Of a DNA stretch of 64,000 bases, positions 22,861-36,700 are shown piece by piece (within the stretch, counting starts at the first letter, position 1; the number at the start of each line of letters is the position of its first letter). The translations under genes were made by a program, and so were the position numbers. Origin of the DNA: Corallochytrium limacisporum Hawaii (lineage: Eukaryota; Protista; Pluriformea); contig PDIP01000045.1 of NCBI GenBank assembly GCA_002811645.1, forward strand, positions 1 through 64,000, written 5' to 3'. The notes under the pieces are model-generated. The model saw nothing but the letters and a program-made list of their open reading frames with translations, was not told the origin of the DNA and made no database searches.

Positions 22861-24834
22861 GATGAACCTGCTCTGTATATATATCTAAAGGGAAATTACT
22901 ATACACTCACTAGCAAAATGACATGATAAGTTGGAGTATTTTCCGCTTACAGGTTTGTATAGGGACCAAATTATAATTCTTGTCTCCGATCGCTATTTGA
23001 TGTACAAATTGATTGACTCCAACATATGCAACAAAGATGCCTTACATCTTTGTACCTTCCCGCATGCGACACCGGGGTAGCGCCATGTAGACACAGAGCC
23101 AATAAGCAGATATGACGAAAAAGGAATTGTGTTCCTTTTCCGTAACAAACACTTGGTATAAGAATGCATCTGCCGAACACCGGCCCCGAGAACACAATAG
23201 CCATTGGACAGGGGAACCTTCGGGGTACTCTCGCCGTGAATATGTATCAAGAGCAGCGCTTCTTGGCCAGTATGTTTTGGACTTGTCACTTCCCTCTCTC
23301 TGTGTCTCTTAGCGAGGAATATCGAGCGTTAAGGGGAAAAAAGGGGGGAAGGGGCCCTCGAAAAAAGTTTCTCTCTTTTTTTTTGTATCACGGAACACCG
23401 GGCAGGGGGGGGGTTGGGGAGGGAGAAGTGGGTGGGGTGGGGCTGTGGTCGCTGCGGGGCACTACGGAATAAAAGTTGCAAGAAATCTGTGTGCGTCCCC
23501 CTCTTGTGTCCGGCGGATACTGGAGTGGCTCTCTTCGAGGTACGTGTTTCAGGCCTAGTCTACCGCTTTTGCCAGCATCGCCAGTTGCGTGTCTGTTGGT
23601 CAGTCCCCCCCCCTCCCCCTCGCTTCCTCGCCTGCTGTTGCTGCGGTTATCTTCGTCAAATTTTTTTTGTGTACAATTTTCCCTGAGTGTGAATGGTCTC
23701 ACACGACGCCTTCCGAGCCCAGTGTCCCCGGCTTGCTCTCAACCGCTTCGTTTGATGATGAAACACATTGGAATACACGCGTGAAATGTATACACGATCA
23801 CCGCCCTTTCGATTGTGTTGGAAAAGGAGGGGAGGAGTATCGACGACCTTCGTCACCCTTGCGGTAGTCGTGTGTTGCAGGGGAAGTGGGATGCGATCTC
23901 TTCCGCCCTTATGTTTGGTTGAAATTGGGTGCAGTATGGAGACAACATGTAAAAGTCTTTCGTGACCTCGTGATAAACATTTCTTTGTTGCGCTATGGAA
24001 TGAGGACTCCATGTTTGTACAAGGACTTGACCGGAAACACTCTCTGATCTCGCATAGTCTCCTACCCAACTCCTGAGAAAAGAGGGACTTTAGCGGTTGT
24101 TAACCCCCCCCCCAACACATACACACACACACCAGTGGATCGGTACTCTCCAACGACCAGTCGATCTTCAAACACGCAACGCGCCACGGGAAAAGATCTT
24201 GAGCGCATACCAAGGCCACACTGAAACAACCCTTCCCTCCCACAATCCAACGTTGTCAAATCCCTTGATAAACCTGGAAAATTTTCTTTCCCCTCTATTA
24301 ATATTTCCATGTTCTTTCTATACTTCCCACTGTCGGTCACACAGGAGTGAGAAGATTACCTCGTCTGAAAAAGGCACTTCTTACCCGAGTCGGATGGTTA
24401 GGATCCTCCGTCTCGTCGGAAGCCGGTTGTGTGACGGTATCACCCAGTCGATAAGACCTTAAGTTCACTTTCCTATTGAGCAACTATGGGATATTATTTG
24501 GCAAACAGAGTCGTTTCTTATATGTTTTGATGTGTGAATGTTCTCAGCGATTGGGCGCCACGTATGCTGTGCGAGTACTTCACCAAAACGCGACCAGCAG
24601 TTTCCAACAAACCCCGTACGACCACTAAACGAGGGAGAGACGTGTCGCGTAGCTTCTCTATTTCGATAGAACTCTTCAGCGTGAGGCGTCCCACTGCCAA
24701 TAACGCTTACATTTTCGCGGTTGTGGCTATGCGGCACGGGTAACGCCTACGTAGTATCGCGTTCTTGCCCTTCTCTCAACAACCGGAGTATTGTTGGGAT
24801 CGGGCCCGGACATGTCTCGTTCCACTTTTTCAGG

Positions 24835-24931
24835 CCAATGTCCTGCCCCACTTGACTCTCCGAACTAACATTACTAAAGGTTTACACCAATGTCCTTCCC
24901 GTCTTGACTCTCCGAACTAATATTACTAAAG
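24835..24931. repeat. Imperfect tandem duplication, 52-nt period
   Basis: ccaatgtcctgccccacttgactctccgaactaacattactaaag (24835-24879) versus ccaatgtccttcccgtcttgactctccgaactaatattactaaag (24887-24931): 41/45 identical. Confidence 0.9.
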
Positions 24932-27900
24932 ATTCTCGGCCTCGCTTTCGGCCGGCCAACGCGGCAATGACATGTTCCTAGAAAAATCATCATATTTCCT
25001 TAACACGACCACCTTGTGCTTGGGCGCCTCACCAGTACAGAACCATTTCTCTACTATGGGCGGAAGAACGTTCTTCAACTGCGTAGGCCCCCCTCCGTCT
25101 CTGTGTTGAACACTGTGCTCAACGACGGCTGAGTGGAAACCACCTGCCAAAAACAATAGATACACCGCAAAATGGATAGATAACCCGGAACTCAATTCCG
25201 AATACGTTAAGTACTTAGTCAAATACACGCGAAACTTGAGTAATTGTTACTCCTTCTGGTGTTCGTTGCCTCGGTCTCCACCTCCGTGTCCACAAAGTGA
25301 GACAAGAGCGACCAGATGATCACTTATGCAATTTTTTTTTGTTCATCCTCCCATTGTTATCTGGTGTGTGAGAGTTTCGCGACGTCTGGAACATTGCCCT
25401 GTGTACTTAAACGTCTGGTGCAGTGGGGTTTCTCATTTGAGGAAGTCTGCGTGCTCCATTTGGTCGGTCGTGTCTTCCTGTTCGCCTTTAACGACAGTAG
25501 CCTTGACTAGAAGAAAAGTTCTTCAACAATTGTCAAATGGCACAAACACATTAAGTACATTCTCTATTAAAATTGCGATCGCTGTGCCCACCCTGTCTGG
25601 TGAGAGGAGGGCCGCCTTGTGGAGGTCTACGTAGCTTGGTTTGTACAACTTCGAGGACTAAAGGGGTCAACGACAATGCTCCTCAACTGTCGTTTTCTAT
25701 GAAAACGGGGCAAACTGTGGGACAATGGATCCAAACCAATTACCTAGAAAGAAATGGTGGAGAAACTGGCTGAATGGCCTTCCAATGGGGCCCCGAAAGC
25801 CTCTTGTACCTTCCCCCCCCCGGGCCACACACCCCATGAGGGTCGTAGACAGGATATATACCAATGTATCTCATAACACGTTTTTTTTTCATTGTTTGGA
25901 GTGTTTTGCTGTATTAGAACCGTGTTAGTGGAGGAGCATTTGTATGTTCCAACTGTTATTCTCCGTTGAGAAGTTCTCTGGCGACAGGACGCTGGGGACG
26001 ACCCAACGAGAGGGAGGGAATCAGCTGGGGAGGAGATGAACAGTTTGCCAAATGCACCAAAGATGCGCAAGTTTCCAGTGCATGAACGGGCAAACACTGG
26101 GTGGGTACAGAAAACACCCGATCCACCCTGGCTGCGTGCCCAAGAGAAATCGGCGATCCCGAACCAGAGCATGGAACCGTTCTCATCGAAGATTATACTG
26201 CTATCCAAATCCATTTGCTTCAAGCTACTAGTGACGTGAATTGGAAGCGATCGGCAACTGGTCCCGTGCACTCATCACAGGAACTGCCCGTCATTAAACT
26301 ATGTAAATGATGTATATTGTTTTTTCTGCCAATTTTATACGTGAGGTATTCGAAAGATCTAGTACTCCTGGCGGTTGGATCGAATATGAATGCAAAATAG
26401 GCCGAAGACGGACTAAATACTATTTGCTTCGCGGTTCATCGTATGCTTAGACACACTTGTACAGTAACGAATTGGGGAAGTCTTCCCAACCGGCACCTCC
26501 GTATCGGTGGTTCCCACCGATGGACGTCCCAGCATCGCAATATGCAAGCTCCCTTACCCATCGATGATATAGCTTCAAAATTCGGGCCGCGAACTTGGTA
26601 GTGTCACTATAGAGCTAGGTAGCGCAAATCGAAACTGTGGGAGGGGTTTGCGTGCCGGCACAAGACTTGGACAGTATCAGCACGCAAGACTTTGTGAAAC
26701 TACAGAATGCTGTGAATCCTGTAAGGCATGGGACATTGCCCTGCCTATCCAAGTTGTTGGCAGGATACTCCGTGAATCAAGTTTTCTGTCGACTTTGAAA
26801 CCTAGGGAGGCTCTAGGTGTGTCGCGGTGACGCACAGAGGCGCTCGATGGTATTGGTGGCCATGCATGTCTGGTCCGAATTGGCTTGGAGTGTTGAATTC
26901 ATCGAATACATCACAATTCACACACATCACAGACCTAGTCATTTCATTCTTTCATGAACCTGCAAGCATGCTCAAAGGATGTCTATTCATCATGAAGTCG
27001 ACTTAGTAGTAATACGGATGCAAATCCGATACAGCGGCTAGGATGATGCGGGGTGGTGTTGGAAGATGACAGTGGTAGCGAATTTAGTATTGCTATTAGC
27101 AAATATTCTGGTTGAGAACTGGTGTGGTTCATTGGCTGTAATGATGATGCTATGGCCTGTAGATTAGTGACCATGATGGTAGACAGGCTGCACAGTGTGC
27201 GCACACAAACGTGTTTTGCTATGATGATGATGTGCGCCGCTTGAGTGTGGGTGCTCTCGACATCTGCCGTAAAGTTCAAGTGCCGCGATACATATTCTTC
27301 ATCATTTGAGCTATGAATAGTGTCTTGAGACGAAAATATGGAAGGAGACCATGAGAAACCATTCACAACCACCAGGTATTACAAACAACTCGATCGACTT
27401 CTTGAGCGCTTCTGGCAATCTCCGTGCAGAATAATTCATTCTTTCAATATTGCATGCCTTGTACTTTCTCTGGCTTTCTCTCCGTGTCGCTAATCTACGT
27501 CAGTCCCTTCTCCCGCGGGGTGATGATTTCAATGTCCATTGGCTGAATGCTTCGTGCCTGCGTCCATGTGTTTCTTCTCATCTTCCGTTGCTTTGCTATA
27601 GATAGAAGTACCACGAATGAAAGGGAAGAAAAAGCCGTACGTTCCTTGGATGGGGCCGAGCTTCTGCTACGCGTCAACAAAGATATGATTACGCCGGAGC
27701 GTTGAACGTGGTTGAAGTGGTGGATGGGAATGAGAGTTGTAAATCATTTATCTTCGTTGTTTTGGTTGTCTTCGTCTTGGTTTTCAGTCTGTTGACATCC
27801 ACCAAAGTTTCAAACAGGTCCCTTACCTTGAATTCGGATGGACAAGCCTTTGGCTCTCACAAGCAGAACAGAGAGACAAGCATTGTACGGATCCGTACGA

Positions 27901-30808
27901 GAGAGTCCGCGGTTGAGTGGGCTGCCAGTAACGACTTCCCCATCTATGTATATAGAATGTATAGATGGACCTTCCTGTTGGGTGGGGATGGGGCTAGAAG
28001 GATCGCAAGAGGACACCGTCTATGGATCCCATCTTTGCGCACCGTCGAGAATTGCTTTATGACTTCACCGTCTCTCAGGGATGTGCGTGTCTGCGTGTGG
28101 GTGGCCGTGCCCTCCCCTGCACACCCACCAACTCGCAAACGCACTTCCATCCACTATATGCAATATACTATATATATATAATTGACATTTTGTGTGCCCA
28201 ATCAATTTTTCTATACAAATGCTCGGAGCTAATAACTAAATGTGGTGAAAACGGGAGCAAATGAAACTTCGGATCATCCCCACGTCGTCGAGCAATGTGC
28301 TGCCTCGGAGCTCTCTCGATTGATATGTTTTCACCACTACCCTCAACTGCAAAATTGTGTGGCACGGTAGGTGAAGCCGGTGGCTCCCTCGGTGCACACG
28401 ATCCGGTGTTAATCAAATCGTTCCTACTGCCCCAAAAGCGATTCAGTACTCGCTTCCCAAATGTGCAGCTTCGAAGCTTGTTTTAGCGTTCGGCTTGGGT
28501 GATTGTGATCGGCAGTGGAACTAACGTCGTAGTCCGACACCTTGCGTGAATGTAATCACCAGCAGACCTCTTTATCATAAATCAGTTTAAAAAACATTCT
28601 TCGACGGTTTTGGCTGCAAATTTCTGCGCCCGTCTGGGGCTACTGGTTTCCGGTCCTGTTGCGGACAGCCTTGAAGTTCCGAAGGGACATTCGCACATTC
28701 GACCTCGTACCGAAATACTTGCCATTTCAGTCAAGTTCCACGCTGTGTGTGTGTGACAATAGTGTTCGGCCTTTCCCGTGGCGGTTTAATCTTTTTGCCT
28801 CGCCCTGTTTCTTTCAACTCTTTGTTTAAGTTCTGTTTCTAACAATTTGGGTTACTGATCGTTGCCCTTCACAACGGCAAATGGCAATAAGGTTTCGCAA
28901 CCCCTCAATTTCGAGCGCACAGAAACTGGCGAAATACCCAGTGAAAAGAGGCACACCGGAAAAATCTTGAAGGTGGTCGTCAGGTCAGAATGAGTGCGCA
29001 GTAGTGGAAGCGTAGGTTCCGTATCACGACGGAAATCGCCGGGTTTCAGCCGAGATGAGTGCGACAAATATGTGTAGCCGTCCACCGTCGAGCGATGAAA
29101 TCGTCTCTAATGCGACACTCGTGATTCCATACAATTTCTATTGAATATGAGCAGCAAACGAGCAGGATCCGGACGGATCAAGAGACCGTTCCGGTAGAAA
29201 CACAAAAAGTCGGGATACACAGAGTCCTTTTTCGGCAAAACAGACTGAGGAACAAGGGCAATGGGGAACCGGGATGAAAACTGCCGAATTCGCTACTATA
29301 GGATTATCTGCGTACTCCAGCCTGAGGTGGCTGAAACGAAAGCCGAAGATTTTATGCCGGACTGGTCAGAATCTCTAAAATTTCTTCTAACCCATCTGAA
29401 AAATGCGTCGAAGAACCTGCGAGAATATGCAGGATGGAAAGAAGCCAGATGGAATCTTTCTTTCTGGTCCAAAAAAAAGTGAAATACGAGAACAAAACGA
29501 GAGAAACATCTAACTAAAGAGCGCATCTATCTTTCATGTTACGTATAAGAGTGTCCCTTCCCCCCTCCCCCCTTCCCCGGCGGGCCCGCGGGCGGGAGCT
29601 CCACTATGTTTAGCTGTGGAATGTTTTTGCCCAGCGCCTACTGTTTTTTCTCGAAGCTAATCTCCTTCTATGGTTTTATCATGGTTTTCTTTGTTCCTAG
29701 TTTTTCTTTCTTTATCACCGGATGGGAAATTGATCTCCGCGGGCGTTCACAAGTCTACCCAAAGCGGCGGCCACAAGCAGTACGCATTAGACATTAGTAA
29801 TGGTTTCAAGACTCCGGCGCACCCACACAGAACTACCTGCGAGCACGAATGCTACGTCGCAGCGAGACCACGTCGACGACAGGAACACCGCGCAGAAGAA
29901 GGAGAAGAAAACTTGTTTGTGTGGCGTTGGACCCATCCACTGCGTGCGGAAAGGGAAAAGGCACCTAAATTTTTGGGAGCCGGGCAGTGCTGCCCTCCTG
30001 CCCCTTCGCCCAGGCAAAACTCACAGCTCATTCCGTCATCGCGCTCCTTGCTTTCTACACACGATTCTGGAGGGGAATTTTCCGAATAGGCAACAACGCT
30101 ATGCAGAGAGCAGAAAGCTCTACGAAGCGCTCTCAAGCGCCACCTGGCAGGGCACCTGGGAACCATACGCTTCACGGGTCACCGCACTGACTGTTTTGGG
30201 ATTGATGGAACTCCTACATTGTGAAGGAGACCACTGCCGCCCCCGATGACTGCGGCAGCAGCTAAGTGCAGCTACCGTATTGCTGTGTAGACGAATCTTT
30301 CCGACGCATCTCTAATACGTCCCCAGATTTCTGGGTACGGCTTTCGACAGTAAGTGGATACCGCTTAAAAAGCTGCCATGATAATGCCACCCCCAAAATA
30401 CATGCAGGAGAAGTATGTGACCAGTGGAAACCGGGATCTCAGGCATGCTCCCCGGCACAGAGAAACAGTGGGCCGAAAGACGTACCTTCCAATCCAAACT
30501 AAAATCTATGTAAAATCAGAACATGTTTGCATATGAAATACTGACACCAATGATAGTAGTTGATTTCGAAAAAGCACTTAGTACAGATATGAAAAGAACA
30601 TTTGATTCCTTGATGAGTTTTAACAGAATCGGTACCATCCCCGTGTGTGCAAGTCTTCTACCGGTGCGGGTGGTGGAGTCGAGGTTTTCATGCCATTCTG
30701 CGCAGTTATTTGGAATGTGCTTGGAGACCTTATCACAAATGTCTTACATTTCAGGATTGTGACGGGTAAGTATCCTTTAGCAGAAGTTCGTTTGTGTTCT
30801 GTTTCGAC

Positions 30809-31321
30809 ATGACCAACAGGAACTCTCCCAACATCCTGGTGGCTGGCACACCAGGTACTGGGAAGTCTACACTCGCTGAGCAGGTAGCGAACGATACCGG
30901 TCTGCGCTACATTAACGTCGGTCAGTATGCCAAGCAGAACGGTTACCTTGAAGGCTTTGATGAAGAATACCAATGCGACATTCTGAACGAGGACGCACTG
31001 GAAGACGGGCTAGAAACTGAACTGCAAGAGGGCGGAATCATTGTCGACTACCACAGTGCAGATATTATTCCCGACATTTTGGACTATATCATTGTCCTCC
31101 GCACCAACAACACATTACTCTTTGATCGCTTGAAGGCCCGTGGATACACCGGAAAGAAATTTGACGACAACATGGAATGCGAAATTATGCAAGTGATTCT
31201 GGACGAGGCGCGCGAGAAGTTCGGTATGGACCGGGTGATTGAGTTGCAGAGTGACACCACCGATGACATGGAGGCTAACATTGCGAAACTCAAGGATATG
31301 ATAACAAACTTTAAGGCATGA
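30809..31321 (+). CDS. AK6: Adenylate kinase 6 / Fap7 / CINAP
   Basis: PNILVAGTPGTGKST Walker A, GGIIVDYH (hhhhDxH), LFDRLKARGY and NMECEIMQV. ATG at 30809. Confidence 0.95.
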   Translation: MTNRNSPNILVAGTPGTGKSTLAEQVANDTGLRYINVGQYAKQNGYLEGFDEEYQCDILNEDALEDGLETELQEGGIIVDYHSADIIPDILDYIIVLRTNNTLLFDRLKARGYTGKKFDDNMECEIMQVILDEAREKFGMDRVIELQSDTTDDMEANIAKLKDMITNFKA

Positions 31322-31392
31322 CGTAGGCGTTCGCTCAAAACTTTATGTTCTCCTGGAAAAATGATGGTGAGGAATCTGCGGCAGGGCACTAT

Positions 31393-31973
31393 CTAGTATT
31401 CTCTGCTTTCGTCGAGGTCTTGTCCGTTGTTCTTTGGCACAAACTTGGTGTATGCTGTAAACGACTCGCCAATGCAAGAAGCACAGTTAGCAAGGTTGTT
31501 CCGTCCAGTCAGTTTCTACAAGTGTTAAAGAAGTGATAAGAATGAGAATCTGCATACCAGTTGGAGCAATGCCGTCGACCCGTTCGTCGTAGAAACGTCT
31601 GTCCTGGCCTTCGGAGCAATAGTCCCAGTCCTGTGGCTCATATCTAAGACCATCGCTAAAGGTCATGGTGCCCTTTACGGCCTTGCCGCCTTTCCATTCG
31701 GCTTCATATTTTGCTCCGTTAATAAAGTACAGGGTACCCTTACCATGAAACTGGCCGTCCTTCAGCTCTCCGACGTATTTGGTTCCGTTGGGAAATTGGT
31801 AGGTACCGGTACCCTCGAGGCTGTAGATTTAAATTGGTTTCAGTGGTCATACCATGTTTGTTAGTTGCCGTTTATTGCATGTCAGGACCCGATCTGACGC
31901 TGTCACATACAAACCGCCTGGAGGCCGGGTCGCCCCGCTGATCACCTTCGTAGCTGCTGCCAATTATATCCAT
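31393..31973 (-). CDS. MORN5: MORN5-like protein, about 127 aa, 3 exons (31973-31915, 31820-31558, 31454-31393)
   Basis: Spliced product MDIIGSSYEGDQRGDPASRRLEGTGTYQFPNGTKYVGELKDGQFHGKGTLYFINGAKYEAEWKGGKAVKGTMTFSDGLRYEPQDWDYCSEGQDRRFYDERVDGIAPTAYTKFVPKNNGQDLDESREY*. MORN repeats plus the MORN5-typical FSDGL.Y...W.YC...DRRFY.E. Introns are 94 nt (GTTTGT/AACTAAC/CTACAG) and 103 nt (GTATGC/TGCTAAC/TTACAG). The last exon is less certain. Confidence 0.85.
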
Positions 31974-32635
31974 CTTTGGCTTGTGTCTGCCACAAGAACA
32001 AGTGTGCCAGATGATCACAAAGGCCGTAAATGGCTTGATCAGCCAAGGTGAAAGCGTCAGATACCCGCACAGGAGGCCGGAGAGTAAAGCCGGTGCACTG
32101 CGCACGGCCGCTCTAGCTGCGAAGGAGGGTGCCAGACCTCGTTCGCTAGCAATTTCGCCGTCGGTCGGATTTCGCTCGGCTGTTCGAAGTCTATCATATT
32201 CGCAATCAGCTACTGATTCGTTGATTTCTAGCGCCTTGGCAAAGACTCGCCATTTTTGTCCCAAGACGAACCACCGCTTCCACTCAATCTTTCAGTATAG
32301 AAATGTTCGTGAAACTTGCGAAGCCGGTTCCACTGATTCTACCAGCAGAAATTTTTTTCGCGCTGACGAAATAGTGTGTGTATCCAAGTGTGGCTTAACC
32401 GAGTTGCCCCCTCCCTCCCCTCCACTGTGACACAATGAGCACAAAAATACCGAATAGTGGGGTTGAGCACCGGCAGGAGCAAGTGAGCCAAGAGGGTATG
32501 TCGTGGCATTTGTGTTCGGGTTCTTGAAGCTTTCCAGTAGCTTCACTAGGATACGGTCACGAACGATACCGATCACCACACGGCGCATCACTTTGTCACA
32601 TTTATTTGAAGGAAAAATCAGACCTTAGCTGAGCC

Positions 32636-33088
32636 ATGGCTGATCATATGACTTCGAATGTGGAGGACATTCGCATTCTCGAGGAGCAGTACAACAATGA
32701 AGTCATCAAGAACGCTGGGAAGGTCAGCAGAGACACAAAGTTTGCCTATGCATGGGCATTGATCCATTCTCAGTATACTAAAGATGTGCAGTATGGCATT
32801 AAACTTTTGAACCAGCTTGTAGAAGAATATGGGAGCGATCGTGATATCCTCTATGCACTGGCTCTTGGGTACTCCAAATGCAGTGAATACCGAAAGGCTG
32901 AACAGTTCTGTGCAGCACTGCTAGAGAGAGAGCCAGAGAATAGACAAGCAAACAAATTACTTCAGGACATCCAAGAACGTCTCCGCAACGATGCCTTCGT
33001 TGGTGCAGGACTTGGCGCGGCAGCCACGATTGCTGCCGGTGCGTTGGCCTTCGGTCTCGTCAAGGCCCTTACCCGTTCCAAGCGGTAG
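32636..33088 (+). CDS. FIS1: Mitochondrial fission protein Fis1 (TPR domain plus C-terminal tail anchor)
   Basis: TKFAYAWALIHS...DVQYGIKLL...RDILYALALG...LLEREPENRQA, then a TM segment GAGLGAAATIAAGALAFGLV followed by a basic tail. Confidence 0.93.
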   Translation: MADHMTSNVEDIRILEEQYNNEVIKNAGKVSRDTKFAYAWALIHSQYTKDVQYGIKLLNQLVEEYGSDRDILYALALGYSKCSEYRKAEQFCAALLEREPENRQANKLLQDIQERLRNDAFVGAGLGAAATIAAGALAFGLVKALTRSKR

Positions 33089-33280
33089 GCGGGGCTAGGT
33101 ATGCCAGTAGCGCCACTATCAGGATCCAAAGCTTGTGACCCTTGTCATGTTAATCACCCAATTCGTATAGCCAATATATTTCATACCGTGCATTCCCAGG
33201 AAGCAGTCACCCATTCTCCTGGAAGTCTACCCCACCGTAGGATGCGACTGGCTTTTGCCCGCCTTCCCCCCTCCGCCCGC

Positions 33281-33494
33281 NNNNNNNNNNNNNNNNNNNN
33301 NNNNNNNNNNNNNNNNNNNNNNNNNNNNNNNNNNNNNNNNNNNNNNNNNNNNNNNNNNNNNNNNNNNNNNNNNNNNNNNNNNNNNNNNNNNNNNNNNNNN
33401 NNNNNNNNNNNNNNNNNNNNNNNNNNNNNNNNNNNNNNNNNNNNNNNNNNNNNNNNNNNNNNNNNNNNNNNNNNNNNNNNNNNNNNNNNNNNNN
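33281..33494. other. Assembly gap (N run) flanked by C-rich sequence
   Basis: N run between cccgccttccccctccgcccgc and cccgcccct. Confidence 0.95.
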
Positions 33495-33741
33495 CCCGCC
33501 CCTTTCCTCTTTCTGTATGTGTGCTGTTCGCGCCAGGCCCGTCCGGACTCGAGTGCAAACTACGGTCCTATTGTTGTGCTCTCATGCAATGGCCTATTTC
33601 AAGTCAACGATGATCATTTGCGTTACATAGACAGTACGAAGCTCTGTAGTAGTATGAGATAATCTGACGGTGTCCAATACTTATATGTTAATGCTGTTTT
33701 ACACTGCATTTTCCTGTCACTGCAACTGGTAGGGGCTAAAC

Positions 33742-36700
33742 ATGTCACGGACACCGGAATCGTCCTTCAGTGTTGGCGATCGGGTCACTGTAAAAGGTGA
33801 ACATGTCGGTGTCATTCAATACATCGGTGAAACCGACTTCAAGGAAGGAATCTGGTGCGGTGTCGTGCTGGGCACGAAAGATGGTCGCAATGATGGCAGT
33901 GTGCAAGGTAAACGTTACTTCAATTGCCAGCCCGGTTACGGAGTCTTCGTCAGAGCTTCACAACTAGCTGTTGTGGAGAAGAGCCCAACAAAGGCGTCCA
34001 TCCGAGGAGGTTCTGGAATACCTCGTCGCAATCAAGCTTCTCCGTTACCGAAATCTGTGGAAGGGACACCACAACGGACACCACAACGGACACCTGTCTC
34101 GGAGACCAAATCAATGATGCCCGTACGGAGGACAGTCCCACCATCCTTGCAAGCATCACCACCAAAATCTACCAAAGATGTGTACCAGGAAGCTGAACAG
34201 CTTCAACAACAGATTACTAAACTTGAGTCTAAGATTCTGGACCTCGAGGTTGCACAAAAACGGTCAACTGAGATGTATGAAAAGCAGATCGCTGACGCAC
34301 GGTCGGAAGCACGTTCGGATGGACAAAAAGCGTCAGGATTTGAAATGAAGGTTCAACATTTGGAGACACAGAACAAAGTTCTTCAGGAACGTGTTGCATC
34401 GCTTCAGACGGAGACGCAGGAATTTCGAAAGGGCAAGGATGACCTGGAGTCCCAGGTAAATCGGTTGACAGAGCAATTGAAAGCAGCGAACGAAGGTTGT
34501 GAGTTAGCTGGCCTGGACAAAGAAATGGCAGAGGAAGAGCTGGCAGGTCTTCGCATTGAATTTGAAGAAAGCCAGTTGCGTGTGGAAGAATTGGAAGCTG
34601 AAGTCGCCGACCTCCAATGTGCTGGTGCTACTTCTGGGATGGTGGATGATGACGGCCCAGGTATGGATGGTAGTGCGCGGATGGCACAAACGCAAAAGCA
34701 GATCGATCGGTTGAAGGACGCTTTGCTACGACTTCGGGAGAAGTCCCAAATGGATGCAAAGATTGCAGAGGCACAGATCAAGGAGCTCTCTGCCCAGGCC
34801 ACAAAGGCTATTGAACTGCAGGACACTGTAGAACGGCTCCAGGATCGGGTGAACACTCTGGAAAGCAGTGAAGCCGAGTTGAAGTCTCAGCTGGATATCC
34901 TTGCTGGCTCAGAGGACATGATTGCCAAGCTTTGTGATAAGCTGCTGACGCTTGAGGACCAAACACGGGAGCTTAAGGATGCAAATCGAGATCTTGAAGA
35001 CTTGCTAAGAATGCAGGAAGAACTTGAAGATGGGCACATTGAGCAAGAGAAGGCATTGCAGTTGGAGATTGATGAACTCTTGGCGGAACTGCAGAGGACA
35101 GAACTCCACCACTCACAACTTCAAATTGCTCTTGATGACTCGGAAGCTACCGTGGTCAAAATGAGGACCAAGATGGCAGATCTTGTGACTTCCCTCCGTG
35201 TAATGAAGGAAGACACAGGAAAGGATATCACCGGATCTGAGCACTCCAAGGATGCTGATGAGTTTGGTCAACCTGCCAGCAAGTCTCGCCTTGCGAGCTA
35301 CATTGATAAGGAACTCGCGCGGTGTACCACCGAACATAGCAATGTCCTCAGTTCTGTGGCATGGTCACTTTTGCCGAGTTTCTTCCATGGACCGGGTGGC
35401 ATTGGCGTTGCTCTGCAAAGCCTCTTGAATCTGAAGGCCACAAAAGACTTTCTGCGGATTATCCAAGCGTGTCTCCAGGACTTTGGAGCGGGGAACGATG
35501 CACCGATTATGTTCGCTCTCGACCGGGCGTCCATTGGAGAAGAGCATAAACCGAGCCAGAGTCAAATTATGGCATATCCCGTTGCTACGGCCGTGGGCTG
35601 TCTCAACGTCAGACTTGACAGCATTGCAAGGTACTTTAGTGCAGCAAGTGAGTCCGAGGACCTGTTCCATCTGCGCCGGAATTTTGACTTCAATGATCTG
35701 AGATCGTTGAACCGCTGCAGCGAGGCGTTAGAGAAAGCCAAATCTATCCTGCTGGCACTTGTTCTCGAGTTCAAGGCTATCTCGCAGTTGCAATCTCCTC
35801 CTGGATTAGAAAAGTTTGGGCAAATGTCCGACGACGTCATGGAGATCTGCCGTGACCTCGATGGCTCGCTAAGCACTATCGGCGACAGTGAGATGGACAG
35901 CATACGAACGTTTGCTACTCAGGAAGGCGTCCCTATGACAATCCTTGGGTTTAGAAGCGATGACGCTGACACTATTGTCCTTGGACGAACGTTTGCTTTG
36001 GAGTGCTCTAACCTTGAGCATCAACTAGGGTCCCTGTCAGTAATCCTCTCAACTGAAACGGACAGGTCGGACCAACTGTCGGGTATCCTCAATGACACAA
36101 TGGTCCCCATGCGTCAAATTCTTCGTCAACTCTCCCGACACGCAGTACCCGAAAGGAATGGCGCAAGCACCATGGAATTTGTTGGAATTGCGAGCGAGTT
36201 TGCCAGGGAGATATCTAACTGTTCGCAGTATGTGCAAACAGTGCTTCTTAGGGCCACTTCTGATCCTGTCTCCGTGTTGGAATCACCTGATTTGGCTGCT
36301 GTGATTGAGACAATTGAGTCATTGTCACGGACGAGTAAACACATGCTGGAAAAACTTGATGGCGGGGAGATGAGGTACACTATCGCCCCACAGACCGAAG
36401 CGGATTGTGATGCCAGTGCCGAGACCGTGATTGGTGTGGTGAGGCGGTCACTCCAGCAGAGCTTTGAGAGTTCTTCGGCCTTGGAAGATCAGTATGCTGA
36501 GCTCCAGAAGGAAGCGCAGAGTCTGCAGGAGCAGCTTCAAAAGCGCAATCGTGAATTCCAATCCACAAGGTTGAGGCTTGACCACATCATGAACAAAGTG
36601 GAGGTGCTACAGTCCAAGGCTGACAGATATGAAGCCTTGCAAGAGGAGCTGCGAATCGCGCGAGCAAATCAGCGCAAGACAGAGCACAATTTGTCTGAGC

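Noticed and set aside
24835-24931. Direct repeats as a CRISPR-like array
   Set aside because: Only two imperfect copies with a 7-nt gap, in a eukaryotic context with no cas genes.
27885-27898. Perfect 14-bp palindrome GTACGGATCCGTAC
   Set aside because: A few such palindromes are expected by chance in 64 kb.
31974-32264. In-frame upstream extension of MORN5 exon 1
   Set aside because: Starts at TTG. The ATG at 31973 aligns with the MORN5 N-terminus and has a good context (aagATGg).
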